Shown here: one piece after another, positions 11,741 through 24,960 of the stretch
Position numbering within the stretch: the stretch's first letter is position 1
How the letters are laid out: every line of letters begins with the position of its first letter
Source: Octopus sinensis
Taxonomy: Eukaryota
Length of the DNA stretch: 64,000 bases
NCBI RefSeq assembly: GCF_006345805.1
Contig: NC_043024.1
Coordinates: 9,238,001-9,302,000 of the forward strand
Direction: 5' to 3'
The notes under the pieces: model-generated
Databases searched by the model: none
What the model saw: the letters and a program-made list of their open reading frames with translations, nothing else
What the model was told of the DNA's origin: nothing
Made by a program: the position numbers and the translations under genes

Positions 11741-12205
11741 GTTAAGTTAAGTTAATTTTTTGGCTCAAAAAGCATAAAGCAAGGCCATGTAGGGGGACAT
11801 GGAGTTATGTACAGGGGTGTTCATGCAAAGAGTTCAGGCCATTTCTGGTCAAGAGACACTTTGAACCGAGCGGTCGTCGGCATCTTCACTATCTCGTTCG
11901 GCAGCTTATGCCACGGATCCGCAACCCGGACAGAGAAAGCCCCTCTCCTTCGATCGAGATGAAATCGTCGCAGATAGAGCTTTTCGGAGTGACCCCGCAG
12001 CCTACGCTCTGGAGCAGGAGTGAAGAACAGCTCTTTCGAGAGGTTACACTTTCCGCTTATGATGTTGTGAGCGAGAATGAGATCACCACGGCGGCGGCGT
12101 TTTTCTAGAGAATAAAGGTCGAGCGTCTTCAGCCTTTCTTCATAAGACAAATGCTTGAGACCAAGAACCATGCAGGTAGCCATCTTCTGGATTGTGTCCA
12201 ATGAT
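11741..12205 (-). mobile_element. CR1-clade LINE, 5'-truncated 3' end
   Basis: ORF 11821-12201 YEERLKTLDLYSLEKRRRRGDLI...RGHSEKL...FSVRVADPWHKLP matches the conserved CR1 ORF2 C-terminus; (TTAAC)n tail. Confidence 0.9.
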
Positions 12206-12951
12206 CATCCACAGTTAAGGCTGTAATGGAGACCCACTCCCATTATCGAATGGTCTCCAATGTCAAATGCTAGTCGTAGCATCAATATGCATTCCTGACA
12301 TAAACCACAGATTGAGCACTTCGAGTGCAATAAACACCAAGACAGAATGGAAAAAAAAAAAATCTCACCTATTTTCCTCTGTGTTAATTGATGTTCCAAC
12401 ACAGAAATTGCTCAAGTAATTTGGAAAAAAAAAATTTTTTTTTTTTTAAATCAATAAAAAAAAGTTGATTTTGTTTGGTTATTTGGTTATTTTTGTTGCC
12501 ATTGGAAACAACGGAGGGGGAAAAAAACAAAACTAATGAATAAAACAGTTTCTATTTTAATTAAATTAAATCAAATTTGACAGTTGATTAGTATGTCATG
12601 ACAAGGTAGGTGAATGTTAAACGTGAGGGTGGGAGCAAGGAGTACGCGTAAGGGCAGCTGAGTGCAATGTAGGTATACAGTAAGTTTCAAATTTAAGGAC
12701 AAGGCCAGCAATTTCAGGGGTGGGGTTAAGTCACTTACATCGACCTCAAAATGATGAAAGGCAAAGTCGACCTTAATGGCATTTGAACTCGGAATGTAAA
12801 AATAGATGAGATAACTGCTTAGCATCTAACCTGGCATGCTAACGATTCTGACAGCTCAGTGCTTAACGACGGTATATATTAACAGTAAGAACAGAAGGAG
12901 TGGAGATGGCTGAGGGATAAAGTAGGTCTGGGTTAAATGTATGGTCAGAAA

Positions 12952-13335
12952 TGTGGAGGCGCAATGGCCCAGTGGTTAGGGCAGCGGACTCGCGGTCGTG
13001 GGATCGCGGTTTTGATTCCCAGACTGGGCGTTGTGAGTGTTTATTGAGCGAAAACACCTAAAGCTCCACGAGGCTCCGGCAGGGATGGTGGTGATCCCTG
13101 CTGTACTCTTTCACCACAACTTTCTCTCACTCTTACTTCCTGTTTCTGTTGTACCTGTATTTCAAAGGGCCGACCTTGTCACTCTCTGTGTCACGCTGAA
13201 TATCCCCGAGAACTACGTTAAGGGTACACGTGTCTGTGGAGTGCTCAGCCACTTACACGTTAATTTCACGAGCAGGCTGTTCCGTTGATTCGGATCAACC
13301 GGAACCCTCATCGTCGTAGCCAACGGAGTGCTTCC
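12952..13335 (+). mobile_element. Full-length family A SINE with 11-bp TSD
   Basis: ATGGTCAGAAA at 12941-12951 and 13336-13346; A and B boxes intact. Confidence 0.9.
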
Positions 13336-13457
13336 ATGGTCAGAAATATGTCGCATGGGTGGGCATAGCGGAGTCTGAGGCACACCTGTTTCATACAGGC
13401 ACATTTAAAGCATCAAGTAAAACATTTAACGTCATAAAACGCTAAATAACATTTACA

Positions 13458-14435
13458 GGTGGCACCAATGAAGATATCAAGATGAAAATAAGTAAGGCAA
13501 GGACCGCTTTTCACCTGTTAAAAAAGGTATGGAGCGCAAGTGTAATTTCAATCATCATCATCATTTAGCATCCGCTTTCCATGCTAGCATGGGTTGGACG
13601 GTTCGACTAAGGTCTGGGAAGCCAGAAGGCTGCATCAGGCCCAGTCTGATCTGGCAATGTTTCTACAGCTGGATGCCCTTCCTAACGCCAACCACTCCGA
13701 GAGTGTAGTGGGTGCTTTTACGTGCCACACGAGGCTGGCAAACGGCCACGATGGGATGGAACGTCAAAGCGGTGTTATTGTATAGGGCTGAGACATGGCG
13801 AACAACAATTAAGTCAATTAAGCAAATACAATCATTCATCAACAGATGCTTGCGAAGTATACTTAAAATTAGATGGCCTGAACACATAAGCAATATGGAG
13901 CTATGGCAAAGAACAAATCAAGTTTCGATTAGGGAGCAAATATTTAAGAAAAAGTGGAAGTGGATTGGTAGCACAATTAGAAAAGACACACCAAATGTAG
14001 CGAACAGTGCTTTAAAGTGGAACCCGGTTGAATATAGAAGGAGAGCTAGGCCTTAAGAACTCGTGGCGGAGATCAACACAAAAGGAACTAGAGAAAGGGG
14101 GACATTCATGGCAGAGTATAAGTACAGAAGCGAAAAATTATGCAACATGGAATTTAATTATAAGTGGCTTATACTCCACGGATAGGTATAGAAAGAGAGG
14201 TAGGCCTAAGAACTAATGGCGGAGATCAACACAAAAGGAACTAGAGAAAGGGGGACATTCATGGCAGGGTAAGTACAGAAGCGAAAAATTATGCGACATG
14301 GAATTCAATTATAAGTGGCCTATACTCTACAGATGGGTATAGAAGGAGAGGTAGGCCTAAGAATTTGTGGCGTAGATCAACACAAAAGGAACTGGAGAAA
14401 GGGGGACATTCATAGCAGAGTATAAGTACAGAAGC
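13458..14435 (+). mobile_element. RTE-clade LINE 3' fragment interrupted by a family D repeat (about 13551-13759), last ~152 bp triplicated
   Basis: GGTNEDIKMKISKARTAFHLLKKVWS then NVKAVLLYRAETWRTT...FINRCLRSILKIRWPEHISN...KKKWKWIG, typical RTE post-RT region; GGAGATCAACAC-like anchors at 14068, 14221, 14372. Confidence 0.85.
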
Positions 14436-15332
14436 CAAACCGATGCTGGTGTGTTTACGTCCCCGTCACTTAGCGGTTCGGCAAAAGAGACCGATAGAAT
14501 AAGCACTGGGCTTACAAAAGAATAAGTCCCAGGGTCGATTTGCTCGACTAAAGGCTGTGCTCCAGCATGGCCGCAGTCAAATGACTGAAAACAAGTAAAG
14601 AGAGAGATAAGTTTATGAACGCCTTCAGTACTGGATTGAGGTCTCATCGGGGACCCCGCCTTAATTACATCGACTCCGATGCTTATTTTAATTGACCTTG
14701 GAAAGACGACAAGCAAAGTAAATATGTATTACACTAATAAAAGAATGATTTGTATGAAGTTCTCCATGGTTACTTAAACTGCCTGCAACAATTAATTCTG
14801 TACAGAACAACAGGGAGAGACACTGCGGTCAGTTGACTGTCTCGGCCATCGAGACGGAGCAGTGACGAAGAAGTAGATGGGATGTAAAACATCAGCGTTT
14901 GGACATCACTTCAACATCAAGCCGACACGCATCTGCAGCTCTCCTCATTTTCTTCATCAAATTATAGCCGTCAATTAACGACATCGCGTCGTTTGCACAG
15001 ATCGTTGAAACTTCTTCCAGACTCGCGTGCGTGGATTGGAAGTGGTGGATTGAGAGACAAAAGCAGGGCAGCGTAAAATTCAATAAAAACGTGAACGAGA
15101 GTTGGAGAGAATGTGTCTTGGTAAAGAATTGGTTGAAGCATTCTGCGGAGACGTGGGTTGACAAGGACGGTGGTGGGGTAGAGTAGTTGATGTTTGCTGA
15201 GAGGGGGAGGAGAAAGTGGGGAGGAAGCGAGCGAGAGAGTGGTTGATGTTTGCTGAGGGGGGGGTGAGAAAGAGGGGAAGGAGAGAGAGAGAGTGGTTGA
15301 TGTTTGCTAGGGTGAGAGTGACTGATGCTCGC

Positions 15333-15364
<32 letters not shown>

Positions 15365-15983
15365 AAGAGAGATAAGAGAGAGAGAGTAAGAGAGAGGGAG
15401 AAAGAGAAAAAGAAAGAGAGAGAGAGAGAGAGAGAAAGAAAGAGAGAAAGAGAAAGAGAGAAGAGAGAAAGAGAGAAAAAGAAAGAGAGAGAGAAAGAGA
15501 AAGTAAGAGAGAGAGAGAGAGAGAAAGAAAGAGACAGAGAGAAAAGGGGATGATGTTTGCTAAAGAGAGAGGGAGAGAGGGAGAGACAGATCCCTTTATC
15601 TTTCCCTTGTTTCAGTCAATGGACTGTGGCCACACTGGGGCACCACCTTCAAGGGTTTAGCGGAATGAATCAACCCCAGGTCTATTCTATCAGTCTCTTT
15701 TGCAGAGCAGCCATGTCAAGCAGACATAAACAAACCAACAGCAGTTGTCAAGTCATGGTGGAGGACAAACACAACACAAGTACACACGTTTCCATCTGCC
15801 AAATCCTTTGTAAGGCTTGCAATAGGGCTGAACTGAACCCAAAGCCACAGAGTTGGGATGCAAATTTTTCAACCACACAACCACACTTGCACCATGGAAA
15901 TTATTTTTTCTAACGAGACCCCAATGTCATAATATTTTTGTAAAATCTCAGAAAATAATTAAAAATTCACATTTTTTATCAAA

Positions 15984-16510
15984 TTCATCATCATCATCGT
16001 TTAACGTCCGCTTTCCATGCTAGCATGGGTTAGACGGTTCAACTGGGGTCTGGGAAGCCCGAAGGCTGCACCAGGCCAGTCAGATCTGGCGGTGTTTCTA
16101 CAGCTGGATGCCTTTCCTAACGCCAACCACTCCGTGAGTGTAGTGGGTGCTTTTTATGTGCCACTGACATAGGTGCCAGGCGAGGCTGGCATGACCACGA
16201 TCGGATGGTGTTTGTTATGTGCCACCAGCACGGAAGCCAATCGATGCGGTGCTGGCTATGGCCATGTTCGGATGGTTCTCTTATGTGCCACCGGCACTGG
16301 TACCACAAACTACAAATTCCATTGATGTTGATCGATTTTGATTTGATTCTTTGATTTTCACTTGCCTCAACAGGTCTTCACAAGTACAGTTATGTGTCCC
16401 AAGAAGGAAGGTATGCACAGGTGAACTGACTACGTCCCAGGTAGGGGCCAAGGGTTATGGCCTCACTTGTCCTGCTGGGTCTTCTCATGCACAGCATACT
16501 CCCAAAGGTC
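15984..16510 (-). mobile_element. Long family D repeat copy
   Basis: Reverse complement matches 9000-9633 including the upstream GGCCCCTACCTGGGACGTAGTCAG segment. Confidence 0.8.
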
Positions 16511-16655
16511 TCAGTCTAAACTTTTTGTTATAACTTGGTAAAAGGGTACATATTTTGCCCAAAATTGCCAAATTTGTTCCCCCAGTCTTCTTTATCCACA
16601 ACCATGTATTCCTTTAGCCGGACAGGGACCCAATACCCAAAAAGGTATTGGTGGG

Positions 16656-16893
16656 CGAGCTGGCAGAAACGTTAGCACGTTAGGCGAAATGCTTAGCGGT
16701 ATTTCGTCTGCCGTTACGTTGTGAGTTCAAATTCTGCCGAGGTCGACATTACCTTTCATCCTTTCGGGATCGATAAATTAAGTACCAGTTACGCACTGGT
16801 AATCGACTTAATCGACGATGTAATCGACTTAATACCTATGTCTGTCCTTGTTTGTCCCTTCTATGTTTCGCCTCTTGTGGGTAATAAAAAAAT
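16656..16893 (+). mobile_element. Family B SINE with TSD
   Basis: AGGTATTGGTGGG flanks both ends (16643-16655 and 16894-16906). Confidence 0.8.
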
Positions 16894-17832
16894 AGGTATT
16901 GGTGGGGATAATAATGACGATGAAGACTGATGCTGCTTTTGTGGTTTATAAGGAAGAATTGAGATTTATTTATTTTCCCTGCTCCAACAATGAGCCCTTC
17001 ATATGACCACCAGACAGAAACATACTGGAGCACATCCCATAGCCTTCAACAGCAAGTGTGGGGGGTGCTCAGCAGCATGGCAATAAAATTCAGCTTAATT
17101 ATTCAAATTGCTGAATTTATTCCTTTAGCCGGACAGGGACCCAATCAATACGATAAGCATCAACAGCCCCCGCATCCTCCAATCACATTAATAAACCACA
17201 GCCTTTCTCCTTGTCCACCCCCAACAAATTCTATTTTACTTACAACTGCACTGACCTTTACTCCGAACGGTTCAACAAGATGTGATGGTCGTTTTCTTCA
17301 TTATCCCCAGAAGGAATCTTGTGAGAGTCAAACAAGTAATTAAGACTCTAAAGATAATGTATCATTAAAGAGTTAATTAAGGCTGTAACCAATAAAATCC
17401 AATGATCCACTCTGCTATTTTCTGTTGCTTCAGTATGTCTCAGATAAAATTATTCTTATTAAAATTAGAAGCTTCCAGACTTCTTAAAACATTGTCTTTG
17501 GAATTATACAGCAGCTCTAGCCTTGCACTACGTGTTTATGAAGATCTTGCTATGATATGGTCTTCTATAATGCAAAGCATTTTCTCTGTTGATTTGCCAG
17601 GGCTGGTCTTCTTGTTTCTCTGGTGGATATATTCCATCCTGGTTGGGATGCCAGTCCTTTGCAAGGTTACTCGCTTTTACCAGCTGGGTGGACTGAAGCA
17701 GCATGAAATGAAGTGTCTTGCTCAAGAACACAATGCATTGCCTGGTCCCAGAAACGAAACCACAGTCTTACAATTGCAAGTCCAACATGTTACATATAAA
17801 CACCCTAATTTCAATCCAAAAGACAACATTTA

Positions 17833-18347
17833 CTGTAAATCCTCAAGTATAATCTGCATTTTCCCCCCCCCAAAATTTAAAGGTCAAAATCCCTAGTGCG
17901 TACTATATACGAGGTTAAAAATGAAAAATGTTTTCTAAGCAATGTCCGAGTCTCTATTTGCTGTCTGGCAATGTTTATTCAGACACATTTTGTGATGACG
18001 GGCACGAAAATACCTTAAGCTAAGCCTGAAAGCAATGAAGTCATAAAAGAATCATCCATAACTTGCAGTAAGCAACATTTATTAAACGTTATTACTGTTA
18101 TTTCTTTATTTTCTGCAAACAAAATGCACAAAAAAGCTACACGTTTGCATTATGTTATATATACAATAATAATAAAGGATGTTACCGTATACATTTTTAC
18201 AAACCTAGGACGTTATATAGACCTCCTTGACTCAAGTTAGAGAAGGGGTGTGTATTATACACAAGGTTTAGGTTTTCCAGAGGTACAGCCCCCTAAAAAT
18301 CCCCTGCGTATTATACTCAAGGGCGGACTATACTCGAGGATTTACGG
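17833..18347. mobile_element. Tc2/pogo-like MITE (Tc1/mariner superfamily), TA TSD
   Basis: 25-bp TIRs CTGTAAATCCTCAAGTATAATCTGC vs CCGTAAATCCTCGAGTATAGTCCGC (4 transitions), TA on both sides, no ORF. Confidence 0.8.
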
Positions 18348-18350
18348 TAA

Positions 18351-18570
18351 CCCTTTTCTATTTAAACCAGCCATGTCTGACCCAAAACATTCTCCCTGTT
18401 CTATGTTAAAACTGGCCGGATCTGGCCTCTCACACCAACCATACAATGTCATTCTAAAAATAAAAATCCCATCATTAAAATTTCAAAGCCATGAGATTTT
18501 GCAGGATTAATTCAAAACAATTTGAATAAATAAGCTGTACATTTGGCAGAATAATCTGAATGCTAAAGGG
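18351..18570. mobile_element. piggyBac-like MITE
   Basis: CCCTTT...AAAGGG ends, TTAA at 18571-18574; left TTAA is restored when the adjacent Tc2-like MITE is removed. Confidence 0.6.
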
Positions 18571-18794
18571 TTAACAAAGATTCACCTTCATTCCCAGATT
18601 GTTTCCTCATTTTTCTCTTTCCACTGCTACTTCAACAGCCTCTGTTCCTCTAAACCAGCCATCTACACACACTTATCCCTCTCATCGCCTATCAATCTCT
18701 TCCTTATACTATTCTTGCTAATATCTCTCAAGTATTCTAGGGCTAGTCCTGCTTCCCCCACAGCTGTACTCCACTGGAATCCCTTCTTTGTTAC

Positions 18795-18988
18795 TCTTTT
18801 ACTTGTGTCAGTCATTTGACTGTGACCATGCTGGAGCACCGCCTTTAGTTGAGCAAATCGACCCCAGGACTTATTCTTTGTAAGCCTAGTACTTATTTTA
18901 TCGGTCTCTTTTTTGCCGAACCGCTAAGTGACGGGGACGTAAACACACCACCATCGGTTGTCAAGCAATGCTAGGGGGACAAGCACAG

Positions 18989-19071
<83 letters not shown>

Positions 19072-19245
19072 CATACATATATACGACGGGCTTTTTTCAG
19101 TTTCCGTCTACCAAATCCACTCACAAGGCTTTGATCGGCCCGAGGCTGTAGCAGAAGACACTTGCCCAAGATGCCACACAGTGGGACTGAACCCGGAACC
19201 ATGTGGTTGGTAAGCAAGCTACTTACCACACAGCCACTCCTGTGC
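18795..19245 (-). mobile_element. Family C SINE, full length
   Basis: Reverse complement of 7833-8185 family; head ends CACAGCCACTCCTG. Confidence 0.85.
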
Positions 19246-19747
19246 CTGTTGAATATAAATATAAGCAGACAAACCTACAGTTGTTTGTGTAGAGCACTAA
19301 TGATACCGATCCTGTCGGTCTACTAGTGTGACCTGCAAAGGTCACAGACATCATTATCTCCACTCTTTCGGTTTTAACAAAGGATAAGCAATAAAGTGGT
19401 TAATAACATTGGATGATCTATGTTGGAAATGAAGGACCTGGGTTCAAACCAAACGCAGGGATATGTGTAAGTGCAGTGTGGGTGCACATGCATGTGTGTG
19501 TTAGAGAAAGAGAGAGGAGAGAAAGTGTGTGGGGGGGGGGTTAAGGAAGAGATCAGGTAAATGTGTGCCGGAGGTGAGGTGGGGTGGGGGTGGATAACCA
19601 ACAAGAAGAGTGTCCCCCAGGAACACATGAAATCAAGGTCAAGAGCATGGAGGATGTAGGGGGTTGCCACATGGAAGATTCCGGGAACCTTTAATAATGG
19701 CTGCAGTTCAGATTGTAGTTTCTGTTTAAATAACAGAATATCAGGCT

Positions 19748-19820
19748 GTGTGTGAGAGAGAGAGAGAGAGAGAAGAGAAGAGAGAGAGAGAAAAGGAGAG
19801 AGAGAGAGAGAGAGAGAAGG

Positions 19821-19860
<40 letters not shown>

Positions 19861-19961
19861 GAGTGAGAGAGAGAAAAAGAGAGAAAGGGAAAAAGTGAGA
19901 GTAAAACTATGCGTGCATCAGTGTATTTGTGTGAGACATAGTGTATATGTGTGTGTGTGTG

Positions 19962-20002
<41 letters not shown>

Positions 20003-20345
20003 AAGAGATAGAAATGTGTAAGCATGTGTGAGAAACAAAGTGCATGTTTCTGTATCATGAGTTGTGTCTACATGTGTGTGTGTGTGTGTGTGGTGTGTGT
20101 GTGTGTGTGTGTTGTGTGTGTGTGTGTGAGTGTGTGTGTGAGTGTGTATGTGTGTGAGTGTGTATATGTGTGTGTGTGGTGTGTGTGTGTGTTTGTGTGT
20201 GTGTGTTTGTGTGTGTGTGTTTGTGTGTGTGTGTTTATGTGCGTGAGAGAGAGAGTGTGTGTGAGTGTGTTTGTATGTGTGTGTGTGTGTTTGTGAACGT
20301 GTGTATGTGTTTGTGTGTGTGTGTGTTTGTGCACACTCGCGTGTG
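19748..20345. repeat. Compound (GA)n, (TA)n and (TG)n microsatellites
   Basis: Direct reading. Confidence 0.95.
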
Positions 20346-20899
20346 CATCCAGAAATCTATAGAACATACTCTTTGACTGATTGACAATAATACATTATTT
20401 GTAGCTGCGCAGTTAATATGATGAGGTCCCAGGAGGGGAGAAAACGTCTCCAGAGGACGACGGAATCAAAGCATTGACTCAAGCGCAACTGCCAGTCAGT
20501 CAAGGAAAACACGTCTGGGGAAGCGAAATAGATTTGCAAACAACAACAACAACAGCAACAACAACAACAATCGGTGGTGAGGAATTGGTGAGGATGATGA
20601 TGATGATGATGATGAAGACTGATGCTGCTTTTGTGGTTTATAAGGAAGAATCGAGATTTATTTATTTGATTCCTGCTCCGACAATGAGCCATTCATATGA
20701 CCACCAGACAGAGACAGATACTGGAGCACATCCCATAGCCTTCAACAGCAAGTGTGTGGGGTGGTGGTGGTGCTCAGTATGGCAATTAAATTTTTATCGT
20801 CATCATCGTTGTTTTAACAAATCCACTTTTCCATGCTTGCATGGGTCGGACAGGATTTGTTAAAATGAATTTTTCTACAACTCTCTCTCTCTCTCTCTT

Positions 20900-21318
20900 T
20901 TACCCTTTCACTTGTTTCAGTCATTTGACTGCGGCCAAGCTGGAGCACCGCCTTTAGTTGAGGCAAATCGACCCCGGGACTTATTCTTTGTAAGCCCAGT
21001 ACTTATTCTATCGGTCTCTTTTGCCAAACCGCTAAGTGACGGGGACCATAAACACAACCAGCATCGGTTGTCAAGCGATGCTAGGGGGACAAACACAGAC
21101 ACAAACACACACATATATATATATATATATATACATATATACGACGGGGCTTTCTTTCAGTTTCCGTCTTCTACCAAATCACTCACAGGCTTTGGTGGCC
21201 CTGAGGCTAGAGTAGGACAAGGATAGTAGAAGACACTTGCCCAAGTGTCATGCAGTGGGACTGAACCCGGAACCATGTGGTTGGTAAGCAAGCTACTTAC
21301 CACACAGCCACTCCTGTG
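20900..21318 (-). mobile_element. Family C SINE
   Basis: Same sequence as 18795-19245. Confidence 0.85.
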
Positions 21319-21600
21319 CATGTGTGCACATATATGAAAATGTGTATGTTTAACTGTTAGTATTTATGTATGTGGGCAGGCAGTCACTTGGACAAACTAT
21401 TTTGAGTACAGTGAGTGGGGGGGGGGAGGCTGGTACGCTGAAAAGCTATCAAGAGGAATGCTGCAAAATGATGCACATTTTCTTGTGATAACCCTTGGAC
21501 CCTACTGGCATCTGGTATGCGAGGTTTTCGATCGGCTTGGCAGTCCTTGCACAAGGAAACTGCTTGCAAATCTCTCTCTCTTGTATGCATGTATATGTTG

Positions 21601-21636
<36 letters not shown>

Positions 21637-21639
21637 CCT

Positions 21640-21702
<63 letters not shown>

Positions 21703-21928
21703 CCGGAGTAAACACATAAATGTGAAACAAGGTGGAAAAAAGAGTACTCAAATACCGGTGGTAGAGTAATATGCTTTATTTAAAGCAGCAGAAAATTCAA
21801 CAAAATCTGTTACTCTGAGTTTCAAGTTCCCGTTTGTCGGAACCATTCTAGCAAAAGCTGTCTGACGAACGGGAACGTGGAACTCAGAGTAACAGGTTTT
21901 GTTGAATTTTCTGCTGCTTTAAATAAAG
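21703..21928. mobile_element. Penelope-like terminal-repeat remnant with inverted partial copy and hammerhead-like motif (21858-21895, plus)
   Basis: Inverted arms TTTATTTAAAGCAGCAGAAAATTC... / ...GAATTTTCTGCTGCTTTAAATAAA; ctgt-CTGACGA-acg(ggaa)cgt-GGAA-ctc(a)gag-TA-acag; family repeats at 30788-31008 and 33180-33358. Confidence 0.6.
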
Positions 21929-21959
<31 letters not shown>

Positions 21960-22639
21960 GTACAATAAATTCAGGGTGAATACTTGATAAATGTAAGCAC
22001 CTGTATATGCCAGCTAGTTGTATAGGTGATAGGATATATGTATCAAAAGAAAAACAGGACGCAAAGGATTTTGCGGTACATATGTTTTGGGCTTTATTGA
22101 ACAACTTATATCAATGCATAAATGATACAACAGGAGTCTCGCAATACCATGTACGACTATGAGGATATAATTTCCCAATGAAACTCGGTTTTTTCCCAAA
22201 CTTTTTCTCAAACCTGCTATAATGTGATACATGTCTTTGGTGTGGTAATTGTACACGGCTGAAAAAGGCTTTTGACCTACCTGTTATATCAATTATGCAT
22301 TGATATAAGTTGTTCAACAAAGCCCGAAACATATGTACCGCAAAATCCTTTGCATCCTGTTTTTCTTTTGATACCACACACACACACACACACATAAATA
22401 TATATATATATATATATGTATGTATATCCTTTCTACTTAAGGCACAAGGCCTGAAATTTGGGGCGTGGGGACTAGTCAATTACAACGACCCCAGTGTTTC
22501 ACTGGTACGTAATTTAATCGACCCCCGAAAGGATGAAAGGCAAAGTCGACCTCAGTGGAATTTGAACTCAGAACGTAGCGATGGTCGAAATACCGCTAGT
22601 CATTTCGTCAGTGTTGCTACCAATCCTGCCAGCTCGCCG

Positions 22640-22897
22640 ATATACATACATATATATATATATACATACATATACATACATACATATACATATATACATA
22701 TACATACATACATATACATACATACATATATATACATATACATACATACATATATACATATATATACATACATATACATATATATACATACATATACATA
22801 TATATACATACATACATATACATACATACATACATATACATATATATACATACATACATATATACATACATACATACATATACATACATACATATAC

Positions 22898-22935
<38 letters not shown>
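22640..22935. repeat. (TA)n/(TACA)n compound microsatellite
   Basis: Direct reading. Confidence 0.95.
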
Positions 22936-23242
22936 CATTACCTTCTTTATCATCACCATTATCTGGCCGAACTTGTTTGAACATTTTTAACCTGCACACA
23001 CCATCTGTCTCGGTCCTGCATTAGCTGAGGAAGGTCTTCAGGGAGGCATCCAGTGTCTCTGGCAAGTTGACCTGCATACACTGTGTTCAGATGACCTGCT
23101 TGACTGTGGCCATGATTTGGCTACCTTAGCAGTAAGGTCACTTGCCAGCTCTTGTTTAATTTACCAGCAATATGCCACAAAGCAAAATTTATATATACAT
23201 ATAGCAGCATACATACACTTTTTGCTCACCTATATATATATA

Positions 23243-23655
23243 TCATCATCATCATCATCATTTAGCGTCCGTTTTCCATGCTAGCATGGGTTGGACGGTT
23301 TAACTGGGGTCTGGGAAGCCGGAAGGCTTCATCAGGCCCAGTCAGATTTGGCAGTGTTTCTACGGCTGGATGCCCTTCCTAACGCCAACCACTCCGTGAG
23401 TGTAGTGGGTGCTTTTTACGTGCCACCTGCACAGGTGCCAGACAGAGCTGGCAAACGGCCATGAACGGATGGTGTTTTTTTCGTGGCACGGGGGCCAGGC
23501 GAGGCTGGCAACGGACACAAATGGATGGTGCTTTTACGTGCTACCGGCACGGGGGCCAGGCGAGGCTGGCAACGGACATGAGCGGAAGGTGCTTTTACGT
23601 GCCAACGGCACAGGGGCCAGGCGAGGCTGGCAACGGACACGAACGGATGGTGCAT
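23243..23655 (-). mobile_element. Family D repeat with internal ~58-bp tandem units
   Basis: (ATC)n tail; GGGGCCAGGCGAGGCTGGCAACGGACA repeated three times. Confidence 0.8.
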
Positions 23656-24016
23656 ATATACATATACACACACACATACACATACAAACTGTACTCCGGT
23701 GTTGATTTTTGCCAATGGCCAAAAGAAATACATGTGTAAGAGTACACATCATTATCATCATTTAATGTCCATTTTCCATGCTGGTATGGGTTGGACAGTT
23801 TGACAAGAACCGAAAAGTCAGAAGAACTGCACCAAGCTCCGCTGTCTGCTTTGGCATGGTTTCTACAACTGGATGCCCTTCCTAATGTCAACCACTTTAC
23901 AGATTGTATTGGGTGATTTTGATATGGCACCAGCAGCAATGAGGTTACCAAGTAACTTGCATAAGAAGGCCCCTCAAAAAGTGTGTTATAGTTGAGAAAC
24001 ATAGCTACCACAGAGT

Positions 24017-24960
24017 GCCTTAGAGTTAATTTAGCAATGACCAAAGTATTAGTAAGCAAGAAAGCAGACAAATTACTAATCCCTTCTGAGAAATGGCCCT
24101 GCTCAATATGTAGAAAAGGTGTGGGTAAGAAATTCCATTCGTTGTACCAAGTGCAAGCTATGGATCTCTTATGTGTCCATAGCTTGCACTTCAATTCTAG
24201 TCCTTGCTTCCATACCTGAAGTTTCTTTCTTTCAATTCCAGTCCTTTCCATACCAGAAGTTTCTTTCTCTAACTCAAACAGACATTCAGATATATAAAAA
24301 CAAGGCCCTCAGTATAAAGAGCTTCCAAGGGCAACAAGTCTTACATTCCTCTGTTATGGCCTGGAGGACTACGATAAACAAAAGTGGGCCAAGAATCAAC
24401 CCATGGTGAACTCCTACCTGCATACTAAATTTGTTGGTATACTCATTGCCAATTTTTATCTTACTGACTGCATCCATCAATATGGTTTGGCTGGCGCTCA
24501 CCAACCACTCAGCTATCCTTAGCTTCTGCATCAATCTCCAGAAAAGCAAGTGAGGGACCCTGTCAAAGGCTTTCTCCATGTTGACAAATGCTAAGTACAG
24601 GATTTTTGTTTTCACTGAATACTTCTGCATTTACCTTACTAGGAAGATAGCATTCATTAGTAGTGCTTCTCCCTGGCACAAAACCACCTGCATCTCATCC
24701 AGGATAACAGGTTTTCTAATTAGTTGAGCTGTGACCCTTTCTGCAACTTTCATGAACTGGTCCAGTAATTTGATCCCTCTGTAGCAGTTGACTTAAATGC
24801 TGCTACACCAGTCATTGGGTACAACCCCTTCCTGGACAACCTGATTAACTATACAGGTGACTAGGCCATATCCCACTTTGCCAGACATTTTAAGCATCTT
24901 GATGGTAATTCCTGATGAACCGGGAACTTTCTCACTCTTAAGAAGTTTATTTAAACTGAA
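24017..24960 (-). mobile_element. Degenerate RTE-type LINE reverse transcriptase fragment with an internally inverted segment
   Basis: Minus ORF 24286-24630 LAFVNMEKAFDRVP...GVHHGLILGPLLF (RT motifs); the downstream LRVNLAMTKVLVS...WPCSICRKGV part lies on the plus strand at 24017-24164. Confidence 0.8.

Noticed and set aside
12952-13030. tRNA gene
   Set aside because: Has A/B boxes but no proper acceptor stem and continues into a SINE body with TSD; this applies to all SINE heads here
14892-15164. 90-aa minus-strand ORF in non-repetitive sequence
   Set aside because: GTG/TTG-type start, no recognisable motif or convincing splice sites; could be an old LINE remnant but unsupported
16430-16510. 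Possible HDV-like ribozyme at the 5' end of family D, and similarly in the 555-bp element
   Set aside because: Could not assemble the P1/P1.1/P2/P3/P4 double pseudoknot by eye
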